DNA from: Carcharhinus amblyrhynchos
Lineage: Eukaryota
Direction of reading: 5' to 3'
NCBI GenBank assembly: GCA_965287045.1
Contig: OZ336872.1
Span: 98,270,001 to 98,334,000, forward strand
DNA length: 64,000 nucleotides
The notes under the pieces: model-generated
Told to the model about the DNA's origin: nothing
Database searches by the model: none
Seen by the model: the letters and a program-made list of their open reading frames with translations, nothing else
Program-made: the position numbers and the translations under genes
In this document: in pieces, positions 12,701-24,817 of the stretch
Position numbering within the stretch: position 1 is the first letter of the stretch
Layout: each line of letters starts with the position of its first letter

Positions 12701-13030
12701 CAAAATATGGAAGTTTTACAAGTATGTTACTGCTTGTAAATCTGGCTTGCCGCTTGATTGATGAATGCAAAAATATTAAGGCAGTGAACACTGAAGATGA
12801 GGCTTGTGTGTGCAGTCTTACATGGTACTCTTTTATAGAGTTACATGGGTTATGTACTATATAATCAGCTGCTTCTTTTTAGAACTAATAAAGCCAGCCA
12901 TTTTGCCAACATGTGGCCAATTAAAAGGGCTGAAATTGAGAGACTTGTCAGGTTGTATTTATGTCGTTAGGTGACTCAGGTTAATATTTATTGGAGAATT
13001 ACTGTATGTCAAATTTCCTCCTCCACTACC
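12701..13030 (-). promoter_or_regulatory. KCNJ13: Candidate KCNJ13 promoter plus non-coding first exon, distal copy
   Basis: Minus-strand donor TG|GTAAGTA at 12701/12700; TATAAAAG at 12830-12837; CATGTG E-box 12910-12915; TGACTCA 12972-12978; HNF1-like GTTAATATTTATT 12980-12992. Confidence 0.6.
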
Positions 13031-13368
13031 CCTCTGAAAGCAATGTAGGATCCTCATTACTTTTGGTAAAACAGTTCTCATCAGAGGCAGGTCACCTTTT
13101 CCAGTTTCTGCTAGCATTTGTTGTAATCACTTAGCTTGTTAAATAACATTAAGATGAATGGCATATCTGAAGTTCAAGCAAAATGTTGTTAAACTTTGAT
13201 CATTGTGGCATTCAGCTTCTCACACAAGTTAATTCAAAGGAACGCTGTCAAACTTAAATCTCTCCTGACCTTATTATTGAACTGTACCTCCCTCTCTGCA
13301 ATTGCAGAGCAATATCGATAGCTTTTGAGAAATTAGAAACTTGGATGCTTTGTTCCACTAACAGGAAT

Positions 13369-14000
13369 AGGTGTCGTGTGTGAATGATCAGTGAAGGGAG
13401 GGAAAAATGTACATGCAATAAATAAGCTATGCAGGTATCTATATAACCATTGTTAAGTTAAACAGTGAAAATTAATTAAATTCTCGAATGTAGAATATTG
13501 TATAGCCTACGGTAGTGAATTGTATTACACTTAACTATTAAATTGAATCTAATCTCAAATTCATAATCTGAAATTGGGCCAGAGTTGCAGCAATTAACTG
13601 TTGCCATACTGTCTGATCTTGGCTCCCTCTGGGCTATGTCACTAGAGATGGGCTGGCCATCTTCATACCTGTATGTACTACAAAGGCAGGAGGGCTTTGC
13701 ACTTGATCTGTGAATGCCCTGAAGATTACCAGCCCATCTCCAATGACACAGCCCAGAGGGAGCTATGACCAGACAGCATGGTGACAGTTAATTGCTGCAA
13801 CTTTGGCCCTATTAGTGCTGAGATTAGATCCATTTTAATAGTTGAGAATAGTAATTCTTTCAGTTAGCTATACAGTACTTTAGAGGCAATAATTTTAATT
13901 AGTTAACTGTTCAGTTAACAATGGTTATGTAGATCTGTATAACTTACTTATTGCATGTGCATTTTTGCCCTGCATTGCTGACCACTTACGTGTCACACCT
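13369..14000. repeat. Long imperfect inverted repeat (fold-back/MITE-like), arms ~290 bp, spacer 54 bp
   Basis: 13369-13665 aligns with the reverse complement of 13720-14000; e.g. gggccagagttgcagcaattaactgt pairs with acagttaattgctgcaactttggccc. Confidence 0.92.
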
Positions 14001-16649
14001 TGATTAAGAAAGCACATCTGCTTTTTGTTGCTTTTATTGTCCCTTTGGGACAGTTTTCCTGCTTGTATGGTCACAACGAAGGGAAAGGTGAAGTAGTGTA
14101 GGAGTTACACTCATAGCGTAGTGGTCGTACAAAACTCTTAAGGACTTGACCCTGCTACTTTCTTTATCCTGTCCTGGTGAAGCTGTTCAGCTCAAAACTT
14201 TGATCAAAGCTTCAGAGTGCTGATTATGATGGCTTAGACCCTACAATCACAATGCATAGTGAGTGCTTAAATGTTCACTGCTGTTGAGTGTTGCAGTGGC
14301 ATCGGAGGTTCCAGAGTGCCAATTTATACCTGACCCCAGAAAATCTAAACTTCAGAAATGGTTCCATAGGGTTGATTGTCCTCCAGGAAGCAGTAAAGGC
14401 AAATTTGGGAAGTTTGTCCTATAACACTGGTATACTTTTGGCTGTTCCCTCGTGTACAATTTAAAATGGGAGTGGGGTCAGTAGCATATGCTCCCTCTGG
14501 CGAGAACGTCTGGGTGAATTCACTGCCGTTCTCCCACTTGGAGAGGATACAGTTAACTAAAATATTATTTTCCTAGTTGCAAGATTTAGGGACTTAGCTG
14601 GCCAGTGGGCTAACTGACAGATGAAAATTAAAAATTCAGGAATTTTACTTGCCCCTTTTTAAATGTGGCTGACATATTGAGATTCAATTTCTAATGAATA
14701 ACTTTCAAATTTGGTACCTACATGTTTGGAATGTTGGGTGCAGCACATGAGGTAACTTGCATTAGATGTTTGAACAGTGTCTGCTTGGTGCATTAGCTGT
14801 GAGGAGCTGGAATTCACACTTGGAATGTGTAGAGTATTTATATAATTTAGATAGAGAGGACCTGCACTTTATAGTGCTTTTCATAACCTCTGAACATTGC
14901 AAAGCGCTTTCTAACCAGCACTTTTCAAATCTATTCCATTTTTGGACTGCAAGGACCATGGCATTCAGTTTGTGCCTAACGAGCTACCACAAATAACAAC
15001 GACATAAATAACTAATTCAGATTACTTTTTAATACACATGACACAAAATAGGAATGATAGTTTTATGTGTGTCAAGCTTTTATTTCATGATAGCCTCTTG
15101 ACTTTTACCTGCTGCAGGTGTTTAAGTTTAAACTACTAAGTTTATCCCTTTGCCAAACAAGGATGCTACATTGCCAGTTTGCCAGTTCTTTGCAATTTAC
15201 ACATCCAGGTATATTTGTGCTCCTAGGCTCTGCAATGGCACCTCTGACATTCCAAGATCAACGCCATCAGAGTTGGGTGCCATTTTTGCTCTTGTGCTTG
15301 ACCAACTTTTTAAGTGCAACTTTACCTATTTTCATGCTATATGCTTGCCCACCTTCCCCTTGCATTAGTTCATTCCCATTGTTGCATTCTTCTGTGAGAG
15401 TGGAGGCCTACAACTTAGTCTCGTTATTGGTTGAAATATGGTATCAGTGAAGTACGTGGGTCCTTTTCATAGCTCAAAGTTGAGAAGATGTTAGATTAGC
15501 AGGGACATGGATCAGCCTTGAAAGTAACCTTTCATTGGGGCAGTAACCTTGATCGGCTGCACAAGACATATGGAGTAGTTATTAAATTTCACAATCAGGT
15601 GGAAAGATGGAATTAATAGATAAGCTGCATTTGGAATCAAACTGCTGTTTATTTTTCTCTGTGGCCAGAGGAAATCTAGTGGCGTTTATAATGTGTAGGC
15701 TGATCTACAATGCCAACTTTGCCATACATTCAAAATTAAAATCTATCACTTACATTTAGTGGCATTGCCTAGGACAGCACATTTGCTTTTTGTTGATTTT
15801 ATTGTTCCTACGGGAATAGTTCCAGTATTTCACTGAAGTCCACTATTTCCTTGCTCTGCACAGCCAAAGCAAAAGTGAGAGGACAAAATAAGGAATAGCC
15901 GTTCAAAATTTTGACCCTGCTTTTGTTTCTGTCTTGCTCTAAGGAACCTGTTCAGCCAGAAACTTTGATCAGAATTGCACGTGCAAATTGGTGCTGCATA
16001 AACACGATGCATGCAATCCTCCTACTTTGAAACTACAACAAAAAAAATGAAATACTCGCCCAAGCAGTAAGGCTGAAAGACTTGGCTAGGCATTGGATTA
16101 CATAATTTGATGAGTGTTCAGAATTCTGGTGACTTCTTGTGTAGCTGACAGGTTGTGATTCAATCTTTAGCCAATTAACTTTCAAATTTGGCACTTGCAT
16201 GTTTGGGATTTTAGGGAACTAACTTGCATTGCAGCTTTGAACAATACCTGCCATTCAACTTGGGGAGATTTAAAACTGTTTAATTAGCCAATGATTCTTC
16301 TGATCCTAATTTGTTTAGATAAGATATTAAAAAGTCAGTAAAGTGTGTCTTCATTCAAAAAATGTTCGCTACTTCACCTAAAGTTGAGTGATGCATGTCA
16401 CGGCTGCGATAACAAATATTTCAGTTTAGGATTAATTGGTCAAAAGATGCTGTAAAATCTATGCTGAATTTGTGTGCAAGTTTGTGTTCAACCAAAAACA
16501 CATGCTTACTTGACTAAAACATAGTGCAGAAGCCTATAGTAAGACTACAATGTTTATTTTCTGTCACTGTCTAAGCATTCACTGATAATTTGGGTTCTTG
16601 ACCCTTGCACTTAAATTCTCATTGCCAGCATTTGGTCAGAAATCAGTGT

Positions 16650-16760
16650 TTGAGTTAACGTATCTGGTCCAAAGGAATTTGGACTCAAAGTTAACTCTGT
16701 TTTTCTCCACAGATGCTGCCAGATCTGCTTAGTATTTCCAGCATCTGCAGTATTTTGCTT
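16650..16760 (+). mobile_element. Penelope-like repeat fragment
   Basis: gttaactctgtttttctccacagatgctgccagatctgc...ccagcatctgcagtattttgcttt. Confidence 0.6.
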
Positions 16761-17544
16761 TAATTTTAGCTAATCTTGGTTGCCACAAAAATTGTAAGAG
16801 CATGCTTTAAAGACTAACAAAAGCAGCATTCTCTTCATGTCAGCTTTTCTTTAAATGTAGTGGTTTTGATAAATGCAATAAATTAGTTTACAGTAGCAGG
16901 ACAAAAATGTTCATTAATTAGATATATTTCTACTGTTTTCAAAATATTTTTCTGACACAAAGTTGTTGATGCCACCACAAGTGAAATTTGGCACTTGAGT
17001 GAACAGGGCAACCAACAAAGTATTTCCACAATCAATTAGATTTAAGGATTTGGAAACGGGTACAGAAAGGACTGAGGAGAAAGATGAATTCAACATCAGA
17101 TCAAACATACCGGCAAAATAAAGTAGGAAAAAATTGGATTAAGGAAAAAAATTAAATGTTAAATACGACTTATCTCCATGAAAAATTCAAAGCTTGAAGG
17201 GGTGAGACCCCACACAATAGTTAAGAAAACAGAAATAATTAACATGGCATTAAAATGTCTAACTTGATTTTCTGGGGCAAGATTAATGGGCAAATACAGC
17301 GGGCTCATTAAAAAGGAGGCAGGCTGAGGATGCTGTTTTCGGAACAGCATGACACAAGCGGCAAATGTTGGATATTGATATTTAACTGTGCATCTGCTTG
17401 CTTTAAGTTGGACTATTTATTCCAACTAACGGTGCCCATTAACTTTGTTTTGGCAGCAAATTCTGATTGTGTGTGGTGTTTCCTTTTAAAATTTTTGTTA
17501 AATATAGGAATCTCAAAAAAAACTCTTTATTTCACCGGCATCCT

Positions 17545-18047
17545 GCAGTAGCACGCTCTCACCAACTTTTACAAATGCACCATAGAAAGCATTCTTACTG
17601 GTTGTATCGCAGCTTGTATGGTTTCTGCTCAGCCCAAGACTGCAGGGAATGACAATGTCGTGAATGTAGCCCAAACCATCACACAAACCAGCCTCCTATC
17701 CATTGACTCTGTCTACACTTATTGCTGCCTTGGCAAAGCAGCCAGTATAATTAAGGACCCCACACACCCAGGACATTGTCTCTTCCATCTTCTTCCATTG
17801 GGAAAAAGATAACAAAAGTCTGAGGTCATGTACCAATCAATTCAAGAACAGCTTCTTCCCTGCTGCTGTCAGACTTTCAGATGGCCTTACCTTGCATTAT
17901 GTTGATCTTTCTTTACACCCTAGCTATGACTATAACACTACATTCTGCACTCTTTCTTTCCTTCTCTATGAATAGTATGCTTTGTCTATATAACGCAAGA
18001 AACACTACTTTTCACTATGTTAATACATGTGACAATAATAAATCAAT
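17545..18047 (+). mobile_element. Rex1/Babar-clade LINE, 5'-truncated
   Basis: Translates LTNFYKCTIESILTGCIA; the 3' UTR and tail match 38727-39215 and 50808-51980. Confidence 0.8.
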
Positions 18048-18498
18048 AATGGAGTTGTTGGCCAATCATGGTAATTAATTTGTATCATTTCGACTACAAC
18101 AGATTCAAAATCATTAGATCTTCCAAGCAGGCTATGCTTCATCACTGTTTCCCATAATATTATTTGAAATTAATCTAATTTTCATTTTAATCAATCAGTG
18201 CTAACGGCTTCCACCTTAGAAAACCGTTTCATTGACTGGCCCCACACTATTATTTTATGTGGATTTATTTTGAATTGAGTTGCAATTCAGGCTGTGTCGA
18301 GTCTGAACACTCTACTGCTCTAGACCAGATAAAATAGCGCATCATGATCCATGTTATGTAGTTGCTGTAAAAACGCTAAAAAGAACAATAAATCATATCC
18401 CAATCCTTTTCCAATCAGAACATACTAATTGCACAGTCTCCTACAATCCAATTCCTTAATTCTCTTGGTCTTTCAATGGCTGTATTATCCTTTTTGTA

Positions 18499-18783
18499 CC
18501 ATAGAATCCTACAGTGCAGGAGAAGGCCATTCGGCCCATTGAATCTGCACTCACCATAATCCCATCCAGATCTTAAATTGACCCAGAAGGGTCAATTTAG
18601 CATGGCTAATCCACCTAACCCACACATCTTTGGACCATGGGAGAAAACCAGAGCACCCAGAGGAAACCCATGCAGACATGGGGAGAATGTGCAAATCCCA
18701 CACAGACAGTGACCTAACCTGGGAATTGAACCTGGGTCCCTGGCACTGTGAGGCAGCAGTGCCAACAACTGTGCCAACCTGTT
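18499..18783 (-). mobile_element. tRNA-derived SINE (HE1/V-SINE-like)
   Basis: A/B-box head (ggcacagttgttggc...ggttcaattccc), central ggtttcctctgggtgctctgg domain, CR1-like tail. Confidence 0.88.
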
Positions 18784-19007
18784 GTCAGTATACACTGACA
18801 ACAAGAAATTTTTGATAAAACGTTGAGGCATATGGGAAAAAGTGGTTCACTGAAAATAAAGCATTTGTGGATACTAAACCAGAAGATCTTTTGATCTGGT
18901 CTCCATTCCTGACCTTGGGGTGCATGCACATCAATAACTTTAAAATATTGTTATGACAATCAAACTCCATTTAATAATAAATCTGGGAGTGAGTTGAAGT
19001 AAAAAAG

Positions 19008-19125
19008 TAAAGTTTATTTATTAGTCAAAAGTAAGGCTTATATTAACACTGCAATGAAGTTATTGTGAAATTCCCCTAGTCCGGCACCTGTTTGGGTCAT
19101 TGCACCTAAGCAGCACGTCTTTCAG
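19008..19125 (-). mobile_element. SINE fragment with alternative 3' tail
   Basis: aaagtttatttattagtc...cactgcaatgaagttattgtgaaattccccta, as at 24818, 33283 and 34870. Confidence 0.75.
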
Positions 19126-19924
19126 ATGTTCAACAGAAAGCTGACTGTCATTTCTTCAGCTACCTGCTGAGCCAGACTGAGAGGCTGTGGGCACTTAATC
19201 TTGTCTAGTGGACATTACAGGTAACAAAGTATTGTAATTGGTGAACAGTATTTGTTATCAAGTCACCTATTAATCATTGATTTGCATTAACCACTTAAAT
19301 CCCAATTTGGTTTGGGTGTTCTAAATTAATTATGTGGAGAGCTATAGTCTTGCACATTGTTGGCCGGTTTCTATCAATTTTCTATCAGTTTGAATAGCAT
19401 ATCTTAGAACTTTGCTTGCCTGTGATATTTCCCTCATGGTTGGTTCACCAATTCCCACTCCTTGTTCAGGATCACGTAAGATATGTCTGGTTGAGGGAAT
19501 TCCCTTCTGGAACTTTCCCACAGTGAGTTAATGAATGTCCTTTGCAGGGGAGAAAGTAAAAACAGTATTTTTTTTGGTAAAGCATCCAGGAATGTTTGGA
19601 TTTGGATAATGGATAAGTTTTATTGTTGTGGTTTAGGATCTTTTTGTATGCTTTAATTGGAATATCTTAATTAACCCATGAAATAAAACTCAACACCACT
19701 TAAAATTCAAAAGAACATAAGAAATTCAAGGAAATGGTGATTACTGTATAGCCATTTGAGCCTACTCTGTCATTCTGTACAATCACAGCTGCTTTTGCCT
19801 CCCCTCTCTCACTTGCTCACAAATCTGAGAGATCAGATATCTACATTCAATGATGGAACATTCTTAATCCACTGGTAGAGAATTCCAAAGATTCACTACT
19901 TTCTGCGTGAAGAGATTTAAGGAC

Positions 19925-20217
19925 GGCTCACTAGTTAGCCCTGCAGTCTACCAGTGCCAGGGACCCAGGTTCCATTCTGGCCTTGAGTGTCAATGTGAGT
20001 TTGCATGTTCACTCTGTGTCTGCGTGGGTTTCCTCTGGGTGGTCGGGTTTCCTCCTGCAGTCCCAAGATATCCAAGTTAGTGGGATTAGTGGGGTAAATG
20101 CATGGTGTTAAGGAAATAAGGTGGGGGTGGGCCTGGGTAAGATGGTCTGTCAGAGAGTTTGTGTAGACTTGATGGGCTGTATGTCTTCCTTCTGCCCTGT
20201 AGGGGTTCTGTGATTTC
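19925..20217 (+). mobile_element. tRNA-derived SINE inserted into a CR1 3' fragment (about 19714-20315, minus strand)
   Basis: gccagggacccaggttccattc head, central domain and tail; both flanks resemble CR1 3' sequence. Confidence 0.8.
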
Positions 20218-20469
20218 TCAATCTCAGCCCTAAGCAGGCTACCCCTTCTCTTGGTCTTCATATTCTAGATTCCTTACCCAGGGAAAATAACAGCTCTGTC
20301 ACTGCCCTGTCAGAGTATGGTACACTATCTTTTTCGTCCCATTGGAAAGTTCATGGCAGACACTGATGGCTACAGTGAAGAAAACTGGTCAAAAATAAGA
20401 TTCATTTCTTGAAATTAATAATCTGTTAGATTGTATGCAGCATAAGCAGTCGGTAGAAATAGCAAACTT

Positions 20470-20686
20470 TGGGTTTCCTCCGGGAGCTCTTGTTTCCTCC
20501 CACAGTCCAAGGATGTGCAGGATAGTTGGATTGGTCATGCTAAATTGCCTCTTAGTGTCAGGGGAACTAGCTAGGATAAATGCATCAGGTTAAAGGGATA
20601 GAGTCTGGGTGGGATTGTGGTTGGTGCGGACGCGATGGGCCGAACGGCCTCTTTCTGCACTGTCGGATTCTATGATTCTATGATTC
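20470..20686 (+). mobile_element. 5'-truncated SINE with (ATTCTATG)n tail
   Basis: gggtttcctccgggagctc...gatgggccgaacggcctc...ggattctatgattctatgattc. Confidence 0.88.
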
Positions 20687-20703
20687 ATGCTTTTTGTATT
20701 TAG

Positions 20704-20877
20704 GGAGACCGACTTTTGAAGAATTGGGATCATCAACAAGAAAGCATGAATTCACCCGTTCAGAGAGTGAAAACTGGCGAGTCTGCAGAGATGAGCAGAA
20801 TGGTGAGGACGATGATGGAGGTTGGCGTTTAGCAGGTCCTCGTCGAGAAGGGGACAGATGGCAACCTCATAGTCCAG
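20704..20877 (+). CDS. GIGYF2: GIGYF2 internal exon (GRPTFEE...RSESENWR...WQPHSP)
   Basis: TTTAG| acceptor, CAG|GTATGG donor, 174 nt, phase 1/1. Translation matches the GIGYF RSESENWR/DGGWRLAG block. Confidence 0.95.
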
Positions 20878-22799
20878 GTATGGGAGCTGAATACATTTTT
20901 GGCCAACTAATGCTAAAATGCTTGGCATCTGTCATGCTGTACTTCATGTATTAACATACAGCATGCACAGTAGGACTCTGACTTTATTCCAATCAGGGGT
21001 TGTTGGTGAAATAGCTGCATTGTAGAAACCTCTCAACATAAGGATGAAATAATAAATTTAAAGGTAATATTTTAAAATGTTCAGTACAATGTTGTAGCTT
21101 GAGATATGTCAGGTGTTGAGGCTACTTTATAATTTGAAATGCTAGATAATGAATGTGATAAATTCACTTGAAAATAGATGGAAATAGCCAATTTATCCAA
21201 ATGATATATATTATACTAAAGTTAAATTTACCAATCCTTGCCAATCAGATTATTCTGTTAGATATCATCTTCCTGTGGAATATAAGGTCATTTTAATTAT
21301 TTTATTTCCACTAGATTTCTGTGCATGATGATTTAATGTTTAGTCTTACTTCCAATGTAGTGGTTCCAGGTTAGCAATGCAATGTACCATTCAGAGTCAC
21401 AATACTTAATTGGAGTTACTCTCTAGATGCTGTGATGTCACATTGCATGTTAGCTAGTAGAACTGAGTGATGTACAGTGTTGTCCTGCAGTATTCAGTTA
21501 TGGCTAATTCTGCATGCAGTTGCTCTCTTTTACCACTTGATGGCTCTGCACCTATTCCTTTGTTATTGTGTTATTTGGAATTCAGGTTTACCAGCCCTTC
21601 TGGTTGCATGTCTTTTTGTGAATCATAGCCTATTTTTACCTGTTCTACTTGTGAACTCCTGCAACTCAGAGACCTTGGTTACTTGGCTGTGAAGCTATGG
21701 AAGCATTGGCCCATTTGCCAAGCATGGATGGTGGAACCTACAGTAAACCAAAGGAAGTGGGTGACTTGTTCCTGTGTGAATTGGCAACCAGGTGCCCTAT
21801 TTAGATGATCTGTGGATCATGGAGCATCAGCCTAACTGTGGGGAGTGGTATGTTGTTTTAGTTTTCCCAACTAAGAAATCTCATTGCTTTGGATTGAATA
21901 TTGTTTCTGCTGTAATTGGCAGCAGCAATAGATTACTGATCACAGGTTATTTTAATGCCTCCTCGCACATCCATACAATGTTTGCTGGCTCCCTTCTCTT
22001 TCCTTGGTGCTGAAAATCTTTTCACTGAGCTCCTCACCCTCTCACCCCCATCCCCTCAAATCTAAGATGCTTCTGCCACCTTTTAGTCACCTTGTCTCAT
22101 CCAGTAGCCCCTTCTGTGCTTCTGGAGTCCTCTGCAATCTTGATTCCTTTATTTCTCTACACTCAAATCTGGTTAACTTGAATACTATGCTTGGTTTTGA
22201 CTCCCTGGCCCAATGTTTCACTTAGCCTAGGAAAATATGAGTTATGTCTGTTTCTGGCTTCTGAAACCTGAACCTTCCTCTATGCATTCCCGCCATATTT
22301 CAGTCTTGGAGAGATATGGCTGGTGAGGGTTTGGGTTTTGTGAAGAGTAATGCCATGCAAAAAGAGTGTACAAAAGGGGCTGGCTTGGTTGTATTCCTGG
22401 CTTAGTTTTGAAAACTCATCAAATTCGCACGCACAATTGGTAACCTATAAGTAGGTTTGATTTATTTGAAGGATACAACGAATATGTAAAATTACAGGAT
22501 AGCTCATTGGACAGGTCTGTGGTATGGATTCAGCAAGCAACAGCTTCACCCTCTCCATTTGACTACCGGTCACTTGCTGCTTCAAATCCTGTTCCCGCGA
22601 TGTGTGCATCATTTGCATATTCTCTTACTGATACCGCAACATTCCCCCCTTCTCCCCGCACCCCCCCACCCCCAAGCTAGCATTGCATACATTAAGACAT
22701 GTGGAAAACTATTTACATGGAAGATAGATCCAAGAGTTTGCATAAAGTATAGGTGGTTTACTAATCCTCTCAGATCTCAGGATGGTATAACTTGTCTGA

Positions 22800-24400
22800 T
22801 ATGTGAATCATCACTGGTATTCTGGACTCATGGGTGCATTGGCAAGCTGTGTATTATCAGAATGGTGAACGAGAATGACTGCATGAAAACAATTTCACTT
22901 TCCGAGTTCATCTTTGACTCTGCTGTAGACACGGTTGGAGTGCTGGGTGTTATACAACTAGCAGTTCCCTTCCTTGGTTTTTGTTTCTCCTTAAGGTTTC
23001 CCTATTTGGTACTGCGCCTCATCAGATCTAGTCTCACTGCAAGCCTTGCTTACGCAGTAGCCAGCTTCCGTGCTCTTATGTATGACCCAAACCTTCAGTT
23101 TTACATGCAGAGTGGACAGTTCCACACCCATGTGTTGGTTGTGTGCTGTCTTCACTCTTCCTTGTTTTTTTAAGAAGTTCCTTTTGCACTCTGAGAATTT
23201 GGACAACTGTTGGCTTGGCAAGGTTGCCCTAATCTACTTAGCAAATGTGAATTCCGCTAGTGATGGTAAACCCATGTCCAAAGCTGTCATCCTCATGTGT
23301 AACATAGAGATCTTGTTTTGTTTCTCTGCACTTCACGATTAATGCCTCAATAGTGCAAAGCATGCTCTCAACGTGACTGTTGGATGTGAGATAGTGTGGC
23401 AAGACTGACATATGATTTGTGCCCCATTTAGCACCCAACCCTTAAAGGTCTACCAGTATATTGAAGCCCATTGTTTGATATGATCTCTCCAGGCATACCA
23501 AACTCAATATTGCGTCAGCCATGGCCAAACTCGAGGTATCCTTCAGCTATATGATGATTGGAATCTTGGAAAAATAATTGGTCGTTCGGAGAAAGTTGTT
23601 GCCATGGGCAGTGAGTAAATTTGTTGCGAGTTTGAGCCAAGGCTGTGATGGAACTTGGTGTGGGTGTGGTGATTCATTTTATTGGTGTGGTGGTGCCTCT
23701 AATATGCTTCACATATTGTCACTCCCTTCTCAATATCATTGATGCCTGGCCAATACAGAATTTCCTTTGCTTGGTGTCTCATTTACTTTATTCCCCTGGT
23801 GAAACTGATGATATGTTCTAGTGAAAACTCCTGCTTTTCTTTGGAAATCATGCCACTTTGAAATATCTCATTCATCTCTGTACAGCCAAAAACATCTTGG
23901 GGCAACTGGCACTTTTTACACTGTATAAGGCCAGCCAGCTCCAAAAACCTTCCACAATGACTTCAATGATGGATCACTTGCTATTTTATATTTGTGTTGA
24001 CCAAAACTCATCAGATTTACATTGAATGCATCCTCTACTTTGATTGCTACATTATCTGCTTACAGGTCTAGCAAAACATTCACAGTTTTTCTTTTGGATT
24101 TGGTAACCAGCACATTTTGCTATATATCTTGTAACAGAGTTAGGGTTTATATTCCTGTACTTTAATCAGACATCTCTGTAGTCTGGGTGGGGCACTCATC
24201 AGTGGCTTGTGACAAGTCATCACCAATGGTTTGTGGTCAGTTTCCATAATAAGTAGTTTACCAAATAGATACATGTCTGGTGAATAGGCAGATGTTACAC
24301 ATCCCCTAAGTTTGCGTGGCCAGAATGGATCCCAGAACTGGAATATATAGAATCGAAGCAATTAATCTATCCACAGACGAGTCCTTCACAATGAGCGGCT
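22800..24400 (-). mobile_element. Decayed Ty3/Gypsy LTR retrotransposon pol (RNase H and integrase remnants)
   Basis: YLFGKLLIMETDHKPL...KPLMSAPPRLQR (RNase H motif, 24140-24275) and YWPGINDIEK...ICEA (integrase zinc-finger region, ~23705-23755); many stops and frameshifts. Confidence 0.8.
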
Positions 24401-24635
24401 GCTATTATTGAGTGTAAACTTTGGCCATACTCTTGGTTTTGCCTATTACCACAACATCATTGGAAATGTATATATATCCAGAAACATTCTATAGTTCTAT
24501 CCATATGCTGCTGAAACAGACCCTGACTTGGAAAAACAGGAAAGTAATCTCTGGTGGAAGGATGTTCCAGATGGTGGCCTGAAAGCATAGATTTCTTAAG
24601 ATTATTCTGGCAAATGAACCACCAGTATCCATAGA

Positions 24636-24755
24636 TAAAAGCAAAATGCTGCAGATGCTGGAATCTGAAACAAAAACAGAAATGCTAGAAAACCTCAGCA
24701 TCTATGGAGAGAGAATAGTGTCAATGTTTTGAGTCAGAATTACTCTTCAGAGCTC
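24636..24755 (-). mobile_element. Penelope-like repeat fragment
   Basis: aaaagcaaaatgctgcagatgctggaatctgaaacaaaaacagaaatgct; reverse complement of the 16650 family. Confidence 0.65.
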
Positions 24756-24817
24756 TGCAGGTGTTGTCCCAGCCACAGTGGCTTCATCTTTGCTGTTATA
24801 TTTTAGTAGTGTATCAG

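Noticed and set aside
18690-18783. tRNA gene-like A/B boxes (also near 25100, 32200, 43350 and 61770)
   Set aside because: These are SINE heads followed by SINE body and tail, with no complete cloverleaf.
22559-23173. 204-aa plus-strand ORF
   Set aside because: No recognisable domain, non-ATG start, and mostly antisense to the decayed Gypsy element.
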